The position numbers and the translations under genes are program-made. A stretch of 63,893 bases of DNA, the filler included, from Octopus bimaculoides (lineage: Eukaryota), in NCBI RefSeq assembly GCF_001194135.2. It is 8 parts of 7 records of this genome, joined end to end, with 100 filler letters (N's around TTAATTAATTAA, not from the genome) between each part and the next. Parts side by side here need not be neighbours in the genome. Positions count along the whole stretch, not along the records: positions 10,510 to 15,440 come from NC_069002.1; positions 15,541 to 20,733 come from NC_068981.1; positions 20,834 to 27,393 come from NC_068981.1; 5 more parts are not named here. The stretch is one strand, 5' to 3'. This document shows positions 12,991 through 24,308 of the stretch, piece by piece. Positions within the stretch are counted from its first letter, which is position 1. Each line of letters begins with the position of its first letter. The notes below the pieces were generated by a model, which did not search any database, was not told the DNA's origin, and worked only from the letters and a program-made list of their open reading frames with translations.

Positions 12991-13771
12991 TCTCGCTGAT
13001 TTTGTGTGATCACAATAAAATGATATTAGCTTGGCAGTGCTCATCGTGGATCGACAAATATTTTGCTTACTGAATTATAAATACAGCTGCAGTTCTAACT
13101 TAGCTTCAGCGTACTAACGGAGTCTCGAACTGAAGCTGGAAAATGATGTCGAAACATCGGTGTATCAGAATCTCCTACCTCACTGAAGTATGTGCATTGC
13201 TGACACATAGCTTCAAAGTGTGAGTTGGCGCTCCAGTGCTCCAAGTAAGAAATGCATCAGCGAAGAACATATTTACGCTCAAGTCTTCCGGAACGTATTC
13301 ATGAATAAACCCGTTACTGCTTTCATTCTTATTGTCTTGTATGCTTCTAATGATTTTATAATTGATGTAGCAGTCCCTGCAACACCGACGTCCAATCCTA
13401 AACTTGCTTACTTTGATTCTCGGTGATTTTGTGTGCTCAAAATAAGATAATATTATCTTGGCAGTGCTTATCATGTACTGACAAATAATTTGCTTACTCA
13501 GTTATAAAAACAGCTGCGCTCCTAAAGCATTCAGAGTTCCAGCAGCGTTTCTAACTGAAGATACAAAATGATGTCGAAACAGCGGTGTCTCAGAATCTGC
13601 TACCTCACTGAAGCACATAGCTTCAAAGAGTGAGGTGGTGCTTCGGGCAAGAAATACATCGGCGAGGAGTATATTTACGCTCAAGTCTTCCGGAACGTAT
13701 TCATGAATAAACCAATCATTGTTTTAATTCTTGCTGCTTTGCGTGCTTGAAATAATTTTATATTTGATAAG
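12991..13771 (+). repeat. two diverged tandem copies of a ~427-bp unit, each with an HHR-like motif
   Basis: Copy starts are TCTCGCTGATTTTGTGTG (12991) and TCTCGGTGATTTTGTGTG (13418). Both contain ATATTTACGCTCAAGTCTTCCGGAACGTATTCATGAATAAACC. Confidence 0.9.
13549..13595 (+). ncRNA. type-I hammerhead-like motif in tandem unit 2
   Basis: UUCUAA-CUGAAGA-UACA-AAAUGA-UGUC-GAA-ACA-GCGG-UGU-C-UCAGAA. The homologue at ~13124-13170 has a GUA site and a damaged core. Confidence 0.5.
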
Positions 13772-13809
13772 ATTGGTAGATTCTTTGGACGATCGTCTTT
13801 AATTTCAAA

Positions 13810-14047
13810 ATCAATTCAATCATAACCATGATCATGGTCGTGATGGTCACCATCATAATCGTCATCAATATATTTATCATAGTCATCATGCTCATCCTCA
13901 TCATCATCATTATCGACATAATCATTGTCAGCGTCATCATTATTGCCACCGCCACTACCACCACGACCACCACGACCACGTCGATGACGACGGCGACCAT
14001 CACCACAACCACTACCACCAAAATTGAAACCATCAATAGCAAAGTCG

Positions 14048-14080
<33 letters not shown>

Positions 14081-14229
14081 CCATCATCAGCGTGCCGATC
14101 AACATCACCATGATCATCAACGTCGTTGTCATCATCATTATAACATCATCACCTCTACCGTCACTACCACCACTAAACCATCATTATCAACATCACCTTC
14201 ACCATCTCCACTACCAATTACCAATATCG

Positions 14230-14260
<31 letters not shown>

Positions 14261-14262
14261 CA
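13810..14262. repeat. degenerate (CAT)n/(CAC)n trinucleotide field
   Basis: Read directly. It produces poly-I/T/S/H pseudo-ORFs. Confidence 0.9.
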
Positions 14263-14599
14263 TAGCCACTATTATCATAAATATTCAACCGACATTATTG
14301 TATCTCTTCCTCAGATGTTTACCGATGGAATTATATTAAATTGTTCTTAAATAACGAAACCATTTTTCCATTTCTTTTCGTATATTTTCTTCATTTTGTG
14401 CGTTTCTTTTTTTTGTTCGTTCTGCACAAATATAAACTTCAATATTCCAAATATACACGTTAAGTAAAGAGAGATAATGTAGTTATTTGTATTACTATTT
14501 CTAAACTTATGTATATCATTAAATACTGTCAGACGTACATGTATATATGATCTACGCATACGTACGTACATACATGTATACAGACAGACATACAGACAT

Positions 14600-14649
<50 letters not shown>

Positions 14650-14811
14650 ATAGTCATTCGTACAAACATATATACATATATGTGTGTGTATATAAATATA
14701 TATACATATATATGTACACGTATGTATATTTATATATGTGATGCAAATAGGCATACATACATATATATACATATATACACATGTATACACGCACGCAAGG
14801 ACACACACACG

Positions 14812-14842
<31 letters not shown>

Positions 14843-14909
14843 GCACGCACACAAGCACATAGACACACGAACACACACATGTTTATGTATATACACACAC
14901 ATACGTATG

Positions 14910-14989
<80 letters not shown>

Positions 14990-15383
14990 TATATGCATAT
15001 CGTTTTTGTATTTGTTTTGCAAGATTATTGACGGGGATATCATCGTGTTTTGAAAGAAATATCTATATGTAGTATGTTTATTGGCAAAATGACCCTCCCA
15101 AGATGAAACGCTATGTATGTGTGTACGCATGTCAGAAGAAGCATGTCTATGTGAGTGCAAGTGTGCGCATGAGTGTGTGTGTGTGTGTGTGTGTATGTGT
15201 GTGTGTGTGTGTGTGTGTGATTGTGTTTGAGTGCCTGTGAAGTTTGTACATATATGACAAAATATTTCATACAAATTACAAATATGCATAACACTATATC
15301 AAGGTAATTTAATGTATATTTATCTCCAAATATGAACAAGAAAAACTTCATGCTTAATATATGTATGTATATGTATATGCAAG

Positions 15384-15440
<57 letters not shown>

Positions 15441-15540
15441 NNNNNNNNNNNNNNNNNNNNNNNNNNNNNNNNNNNNNNNNNNNNTTAATTAATTAANNNN
15501 NNNNNNNNNNNNNNNNNNNNNNNNNNNNNNNNNNNNNNNN

Positions 15541-15599
<59 letters not shown>

Positions 15600-16484
15600 G
15601 TCGTCCAGAGGAATAAAGGATTAATGCATTTGTTAACGAAAGAAGCGTGCAATTGGGACAGAAAATGCGTAGATTATTAAACTTTATCTATCTTTAGCTA
15701 TCTTTCCCACTTGTTTCACTCTTTCTAATACTTTGATACAACGTTTCGTTAGTATAACGTTTCTTGTTACCAGATTTCTTGTTACCAGAGTCTTGTAACC
15801 AGATTACTTCCTCCCATCCACTTATATTGAACACCAGTTACTCTCCTTCTTTTATAAGCTTAACTCTTTTTCTTTTCTTCCTTTTTCCTCACTTTACCGT
15901 CGCCTCTCCACCGCTCCGACCATTCTGCTCCGCTCCAGTGTCAAGTACCGTTACAATAATTTCCTTACTGATTTTTTCCTTTCCATTTCTATTTTCTCTG
16001 GTGACCGCACCCCCCCCCCCCACACACACCAAAGTAAGTACATAAATATGAAACAAGGTGGGGAAGAATAGTACACGAATACCGGAGGTAGAGTAATATG
16101 CTTTATTATCATTAAAGCCGCAAAACATCACAAAAATATCCCAATAAACTGCTACTGAGAGTTCACGTTCCCGTTCGTCGGACAGTTTAGATTGAGAATG
16201 GAACATAATAAAGTTTGAATGTATAAAATATACAATTTGCATTGACGTTTGAAATTGGTTTCTTTTCAGTGGTCCTTTCGACTAACAGGTTTTTCTAATC
16301 AATGATGATAGATTTAAAATTGTATTATGTTAGACCGAAGAAAACCTTAAATCAAAAATCAAAATTTGAAAAGTGACTTTAGATAGAACGAAAAACGTAT
16401 AAATACCCAGAATAAATTAATGATAAAAAATTTTATTTAAAGATATATAAACGTAGGTCTTTACTATAATAATATTCATTTACA

Positions 16485-16644
16485 GCACAGCGTTACTCAT
16501 TTTTGCCAGCTGAGTGGACTGGAGCAATGTGAAATGAAGTGTTTTGCTCAAGAACACAACGCGTCACCCGGTCCAGGAATCGAAACCACAATCTTACGAT
16601 CATGATGCTGACACCCTAACCACTAAGCCACGCGCCTCCACAAC
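16485..16644 (-). mobile_element. tRNA-derived SINE (family C)
   Basis: Minus-strand head AGGCGCGTGGCTTAGTGGTTAGGGTG (A box), GTTTCGATTCC (B box) and CTTGAGCAAAACAC. Imperfect TSD ATTCAYTTACA. Confidence 0.8.
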
Positions 16645-16946
16645 ATTCACTTACAACGGTCTAAAAATAATGCAACGGCCTAAAAATAAACATACTGTAC
16701 TTATACATATACACACTAAAAAACACACTTGTGCTTATACACACACTATGAGATGCAACTTGTGCCTGGGTGAAAAGCTGTTCATTCAGTTCCAGGATAA
16801 CTATACATTGACGGGAGCTTTTGAATTCCTGCAGATATGTTACGAGTTATAAAATGTCGTCTGATAAAATACCATACGGATAACAATATTTAACTTTCGC
16901 ATTTGATTTTGGCTTTACCACCTAAAAGCGGGCATCATTTTGTATA

Positions 16947-17320
16947 TTGTTGGCACTTCGTCGCTCACGACGTCGAGGGTTCCAGTTGATCCGATCAACG
17001 GAACAGCCTGCTCGTGAAATTAACGTGCAAGTGGTTGAGCACTCCACAGACACGTGTACTTTTAACGTAGTTCTCTGGGATATTCAGCGTGACAAGACTG
17101 ACCCTTTGAATTACAGGTACAACAGAAACAGGAAGTAAGAGTGAGAGAAAGTTGTGGTGGAAGAGTACAGTAGGGTTCGCCACCATCCCCTGCCGGAGCT
17201 TCGTGGAGCTTTTAGGTGTTTTCGCTCAATAAACACTCACAACGCCCGGTCTGGGAATCGAAACCGCGATCTTATGACCACGAGTTCGCTGCCCTAACCA
17301 CTGGGCCATTGCACCTCCAT
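16947..17320 (-). mobile_element. full-length tRNA-derived SINE (family B)
   Basis: Minus-strand head GGAGGTGCAATGGCCCAGTGGTTAGGGC with B box GTTTCGATTCC. The 12-bp TSD TCATTTTGTATA lies at 16935-16946 and 17321-17332. Homologous to 60835-61172. Confidence 0.9.
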
Positions 17321-18239
17321 TCATTTTGTATAACATCGTATTTATATTTAAATTTTACGTTTTGTGACCTTCAACTGTTTACAATCTTTTTTTCTTCATT
17401 CTCTTTTTGTAACCGTTAGGTTTAAATGCACCTTTTTGAGCTCTTTGATGGTTTTCTAACAATGCAATTTAGCCCATTATATACCTAACAATTTTGATTT
17501 TTATTGCATATTTGAAAGCTCTTTTACTATCACCTAATATATGTTATATGGATATCGCGTATTTACAGCCGACCAAAATGTGCTTTTTAGAGACATCGAA
17601 CATCAGAATGGATTTGTTTTATTTAATTTAATTCTTTACTATAATTTTATTATTATTATTATTATTGCTTACTTAATCACTTCCATTACATTTATTTATT
17701 TATTTATTTATAATTTTTATTATCATTGAATGTAATGTGATGGTAACGACGGAGCTTCAATGAGCTTAGTAAAAATTTTTTTTTTGGCGATTTTCTCATT
17801 TAAATTTCACCGAGGCCAAAATTTATATCATATTATATTATTACACTATTAATTTACTTATATTATTGATTTTCTCAATCCACAATTTAAAGTTACACTA
17901 TTTTAATATTCAATATACCAGACAAACGGTTTTAAATATACTCGTGTGCGTATATATTTCTCTTGCTTTATTTCTCTTGCTTTCATTTTTCCATGTAATC
18001 CATGTTTTTTCCAGGCTATGCTATTATGCAAATTAATAATGTGTCAATTAATAATTTAAGATTTTATCATATTGAAAATTGAATATCAAGTTCAATAAAT
18101 CTCTAAATAATATTCTAAAAATTAGCGGTGTCGTTGATAATTTTTTCCTTACCTCAATGATGCTGGTGACATATATTAAAAGTCCCCTTATAGAACTATT
18201 TTATTACCCTCAAATTTGAGAAACAAACACTCATAACTT

Positions 18240-18620
18240 TTTTCTTTTATAACTTCATTGCATGAGATTGATACTATGAAATTCTTCGAATTGAGCTTTC
18301 TCATTTAAGTTTAATTAAAATATAGTTTGTTTTTTAAATAAAAAAAGTTAATTATACTTAAATCCAATTTCTTGCCTTACTTGTATATTTCTTCATGATA
18401 TTTTACCTCACAACTTTTTTGATACAAATTTTTGTTGCATGGAACCAAAACTATGAAATTCTTCATGCTTTCTTCTATCATTGAAGCTAAGATAAATATA
18501 TTTTGCTTTTAAAATAAAATAAAAAGTTATTTAAATCTAAACCTGATTGAAGGTGTTACTTACTCTCTTATAACGTCGCTACAAATTTTGATGTAAACTT
18601 TTTTCTACGGGACTAAATCG
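18240..18620. repeat. diverged AT-rich direct duplication (~180-bp period)
   Basis: TTGCATG...ACTATGAAATTCTTC...AAATATA.TTTG.TTTTAAA occurs twice. Confidence 0.55.
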
Positions 18621-18797
18621 CAATTTGTTTATGCCAAAATGTTGCTAGGGACCAGTCCTCTTCAAAAATGTTAACAGTTTTCAATTTGGTTAAGAACTGA
18701 AATAGCGACAAAGCTCTAAAAGATGCTGCGTGTGAGTAAATTGCGGCCTTAAGAATATTATTCTTAAGAATATTATTCTTAAGGCCTCAGTTGAATG

Positions 18798-18858
<61 letters not shown>

Positions 18859-19069
18859 TGTATGTATATATATATATATATGTATGTAAGTAATTGTATT
18901 CGTGTGTGTGTATGTGTGCAAACACACATACACAGACACACACACACGCGCACATCATTAATATATCGTATACATAGTCATTTACATACGCACATGCACA
19001 CTTATATGGGTGTGTATGTGTGTAAGGAAACACAAACGCAGTTTTACACACATGTACACATACGCGGGG

Positions 19070-19144
<75 letters not shown>

Positions 19145-19431
19145 CACACACACACGACGTTATCTCAATATTTCTATAGTAGATGAGCGGCTAATTGCCT
19201 TGCCAGTTTCCAACAGTTCAACGGCATCAACACCGTTACGGCTTCAACCTGTTTCCAAAGCCACCTGTATATGCAGCAAAAGTGCTATTAGATCGTGCAA
19301 CGAGGTGAGAGAGAGATAGCGAAAACTGAAACGGTCACATTTGCTGAACTCTGACAAATGCAGGCGGACCTGACGAAGTTATCACTTTGTATTGATCCGT
19401 TAAACACACGCGTTCACACCAACATGTAAAC

Positions 19432-19632
19432 AACAACAACGACAACAACTACTACTGCTACTACTACTATGGCTACCGCTGCTGCCACTGCTGCTGCTAA
19501 TACACCTGCTACTACTTCTACAACCACAACCACCATTACCACCGCAACCATCACCACCANNNNNNNNNNACTAATGTACCACCATTACGACGACGACCAC
19601 CACAACTACTACTGTCGCCACCACCACCACAG

Positions 19633-19674
<42 letters not shown>

Positions 19675-19826
19675 ATACCACCACCAAAACCACAACCGCC
19701 ACTACCACCATCACTACTACTACTACTAATACTACTACTACTACTACTACCACCACCACCATCACCACCACCACAGCTGCTACTACTACTACTACTACTA
19801 CTACCATTACTACTGCTACCACCACC

Positions 19827-19856
<30 letters not shown>
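19432..19856. repeat. (CTA)n/(CAC)n compound microsatellite
   Basis: Read directly. Confidence 0.9.
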
Positions 19857-19857
<1 letters not shown>

Positions 19858-20173
19858 TCGTTATTTCCCATAGGTTCCTTCAAACGCTCATACGTTGAAA
19901 TCGACAGGAGTGACCGCTCTTCTAATTAATATCATATTATTAATACCATGATCATTATCATCATTATCGCCATCTTCCTCATCCTCATCCTGACCCTCCT
20001 CCTCATCATCAACACCCTCCTCCTCCTGCTCATCATCATCATCATCATCACCACCACCATTATTGTTTTTGTTAGTTGTTGTGGTTATAGCGGTGGTGGT
20101 ATCGGTACTTGCGCCTCTAGTGGCGGCGACGGCGGCAGCGATGGTTATCATTCGCCCCTATGACAAATAAATG

Positions 20174-20281
<108 letters not shown>

Positions 20282-20629
20282 CTATAGAGTTAATTACTGG
20301 ATATAAATCCATATTGGAGTGATCTACTATCGCAAATTTCTTGAAAATAATTTGCAACAGTGAAATCTTATAGACACCTCTGTCTTCGGCAAGTTGTTCA
20401 ACTTTTGGCAGGTAAACATCTAAGTGCTGGATGTTAAATAACAAGTAATATTGGCGAAATCAGCTCGTGTTTTGACACCAAGGAATTTTATTGCTAGCTT
20501 ACACCTTCATACATCTCCCATATTATCCTTTGTTAGAAGCAAAGTGTGAATCAGTGTGTTCGTATATATGTAGATATATGTGTATGTGTTTATGTGTGTA
20601 TATCTGCATATATATGTGTATATGTGTGT

Positions 20630-20660
<31 letters not shown>

Positions 20661-20694
20661 AATATTTTAAAAATAAGTGCATTTTCAAACCTTC

Positions 20695-20733
<39 letters not shown>

Positions 20734-20892
20734 NNNNNNNNNNNNNNNNNNNNNNNNNNNNNNNNNNNNNNNNNNNNTTAATTAATTAANNNNNNNNNNN
20801 NNNNNNNNNNNNNNNNNNNNNNNNNNNNNNNNNTTCGATTACCCCCCACCCCGCAAGCATTAAGTATCACAATTACAGGTTTTTATACTGCG

Positions 20893-21268
20893 GTGAAATT
20901 AAGAAATCAACTCGTAAATAAACAAAACCCTCGAATCCATCGCTGTACACACGCGCGAGCACGCACAGAGGCACACAGAATCGCATATCTACGTATGTAT
21001 TTATGTATTTATGTATGTATGTACCCACTCGTGTCTACGCGCATAGGTACACCATGATTTATACACACGCAGACGAGGGTCGATTCACATGAAAAAGGAA
21101 GTGAACAAAATGAGATACGTATTGAAAATATTGAAGAGAATTTCGGAAGTGTTTCACCATTATATTCTAGTGAAATTAAGAAATCAACTCATAAATAACT
21201 GAAACCCTCGAATCCATAACAGTATACACACACACAGAGTCGCATATCTATGCATGTATTTATGTATG
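20893..21268. repeat. direct repeat of ~110 bp, period ~277
   Basis: GTGAAATTAAGAAATCAACTCRTAAATAA...AAACCCTCGAATCCAT starts at 20893 and at 21170. Confidence 0.8.
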
Positions 21269-21727
21269 TTTAAAATTTATAGTTGACCCTATATATATAG
21301 TTGTAGAATTGTATAACGTGTTGAGGACGGTGCATTTATAAAGTGTTTCAGCCATGACCTTTCTATCCATCCTACTACGATATTCAAGCACTGAATATCA
21401 TGGTAGTACAGCTAAGAAATTTTCTTCGTAATCATATAGTTCCAGGTTGGATTCCACTACAGCCTCTTGCCTGGGAGTTGGAATTTGATGACGAAAAGTG
21501 TAGGAAAGCCGCTCATATTTCTTTTTCCATTTTACTAGCTTCAGTCATTTGATTGTGGCAACGGTGAGCATCACGTTGAAGAGTGATAGTCGAATAAATC
21601 AACCCCAGAACTGTTTTTTTTTTTACGATCTGATACTTATACTATCGTTCTCATTTGTCAAATCACTAGCTTACAGCGTCTCAAACAAACCAACACCGGC
21701 GGTTTATCAAGCAGTAGAAGACAAACT

Positions 21728-21798
<71 letters not shown>

Positions 21799-22237
21799 CG
21801 TTTACCAAATTCATTCACAAGGCCGCGGTTATAGCAGAAGACAGTTATCCAAGGTGTCACGTAGTGAGATTGAACCCCAAATCATGCAGTAACAAAACGA
21901 GCTTGTTAACCATACACCTCAGATCCATATATGTACACATGAAGGGATATCCGGTGAGTTCGACGTTGAGTATTCGGTGAATTACCTATTCATTGAATTA
22001 GCGTGTACATGGCTGAATACCCCACAGATGCGCGTACCCTTAGTATAATTCTCACTCATAATCAATGTGACATTATACATACATAAACACGCGTACAGCT
22101 GTTCACATTTATATATTTATACATGTATGTACATGTATAAATGTGTATGCATGTGTATGAAAGTGTGTGCCATTTATGGATATTAAAGAATGATACAAAC
22201 AGTGGTGAGAAAATACACACACACATACATATACGCA

Positions 22238-22281
<44 letters not shown>

Positions 22282-23355
22282 TACAGGGTTTTACGAATGA
22301 AAACCTTTGTGGCATTTGTTCTGCACTGAGTCACGGAGATACTTCCTTGTAACTCTCACCGTCTTTGATAGAATCATTGGAAGACAATAATCGACTATGT
22401 TATTGTTCACTAGTTCCATTATAAAACAATTAAGCAGATAAGAAAATATCACTAAATCAGAGAAAGCAAAATTCAAACAACTCCATCAATGCCTAGAGGA
22501 CGTTATGTATCATATAGAAAAATGGACACCAAATTGAAAGATTTAGACCGAAGTGAAAGCAATAAACAGAACAATGAAAATAAGCATTCAACCCAAAACA
22601 GCTGTATCGGTGCATGGTCTGGAAAACAGAGCTACAAATTGCATTATACGAAAATGAAAAGAGCCAATGTATTCATCATTATAGACGGAAGACGTTATTG
22701 AATATTCCAATCTACTTAATAAAGACAGCATACATGATGAAAGATGCCGAGGAGTTTGTATTAATTAATAATATTAAAGCAACAGTAGTGAAAATAATTA
22801 CTTTTCAAATTACAGTTCTGGTCAAAAACATGGTAAGGCAGACTACGAAAGTTTTATTAAAATTAATAAGAATTAAGAAAGGGAATACACTCTTCAATTA
22901 ATAATTAAGCTTAATAGATTAATTACAGTTGCAAAACACAAATTATTGCCATTTAACTTTTTTCATTCTCTCAGACGAAGGATAAAATAATGACGGACCT
23001 CTACGTGATTGTTTAACCCGTGAGAAATAGCAACCAATTCTCCCTCAAATCACACGCTTTACTATCTTGAAAGAACAGAGGGAATGATGCAGTCCTATAT
23101 GTTATTAAAAGACAAAATGCTTATTACCTGAATACCTTGATAACAAGTCCCTCTGATCGATCAAAGCTGACACAATGACAACAACATCAACAACATTGGC
23201 GGCAACAGCAACAGCAGCCATAACAGCAATAGTAGTAGAAATAGCAGCAGAAGCAACAGCGACTATAACAATTGCTGCATTGAAGAGAAATTAATCCCAG
23301 GTTCTATGTAAAATCCCACGGAAAACGTAACCCTGTACTTTCCAAAATATAACAT

Positions 23356-23546
23356 AGGCGCAGGCGTGGCTGTGTGGTAAGTAGTTTGCTTCGCAATCAC
23401 ATGGTCCAAGGTTCAGTCCCACTGCGTGGCAACTTGGACAAGTGTCTTTTACTATAGCCTCGGGCTGTCCAAAGCGGATTTGGTCGAAGGAAACTGAAAT
23501 GAAAGAAGACCAACGTGTGCGTGTGTATACACATAAATACATAAAT

Positions 23547-23599
<53 letters not shown>

Positions 23600-23749
23600 G
23601 AGAATTCACACAAAAACAACACACGAAGACAAATAGATGTATTAGTATAACGCTCGGGAACAGAAGAAGTCTTTAACGTTTCGAGCCTACGCTCTTCTAC
23701 AGAAAGGAACACAGAAAGAGACAAGGAGAGAAACAAGGAGAGAGAAAAA

Positions 23750-23786
<37 letters not shown>

Positions 23787-23852
23787 CATACATACGTGTG
23801 TGTGCGCCCCAACATGACCATAGTCTAATTCCTGAAACAAGTAAAAGAATAA
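23356..23852 (+). mobile_element. SINE family D (head 23356-23515, tail ~23810-23852) interrupted by (TA)n and a nested element
   Basis: Head GGCGCAGGCGTGGCTGTGTGGTAAG...GGTTCAGTCCCACTGCGTGGC; tail CCTGAAACAAGTAAAAGAATAA. Confidence 0.75.
23598..23752 (-). mobile_element. HHR-bearing mini-element, copy 2
   Basis: Homologous to 18-173. The motif at 23671-23706 reads CUUU-CUGUAGA-A-GAGC-GUAG-GCUC-GAAACGUU-AAAG on the minus strand. Confidence 0.6.
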
Positions 23853-24092
23853 AGGTCCCCATAACAATAAAGTGTATGATATTTATTAAGCAGCATATGC
23901 GAAAGAAATAAATGTATGTTCATCGAATGAGTTCTTAGAAGAAACAGCTACATTGGAAACATCTTTAACTTGGTCAATGGAAAGGGTAGCAATCTTTTTC
24001 CCTAACGTCCCTGCAAGGGTAATGGCAACAGTACTAGAAAATATCTTTGTACATCTAGTATTACTGTAAAACCAACACTACACTATCAAATA

Positions 24093-24308
24093 CTCTTTTC
24101 TACTCTAGGCACAAGGCCCGAAATTTTTGGGGAGGGGCCAGTCGATAAGATCGACCCCAGTACGCAACTGGTACTTAATTTATCGACCCAGAAAAGATGA
24201 AAGGCAAAGTCAACCTCGGGGGAATTTGAACTCAGAACGTAACAGCAGACGAAATACTGCTAAGCATTTCGTTCGGCGTGCTAACGTTACTGCCAACACG
24301 CCGCTTTA
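24093..24308 (-). mobile_element. SINE family A with TSD
   Basis: Matches the other family A copies. The 13-bp TSD ACACTATCAAATA lies at 24080-24092 and 24309-24321. Confidence 0.9.

Noticed and set aside
16947-17320. tRNA-like A/B boxes suggesting tRNA genes (here and in other SINE heads)
   Set aside because: There is no complete cloverleaf. They are heads of TSD-flanked SINEs.
20285-20444. Minus-strand VEQLAEDRGVYK before a (TAA)n run, like an RTE C-terminus; also a possible plus-strand exon ending CAG/GTAAAC
   Set aside because: Neither reading has enough support.
22489-22760. KRANVFIIIDGRRY, resembling the PLE motif DKGN.VVI.D...Y
   Set aside because: The similarity is too short and the surrounding frames too broken to call.
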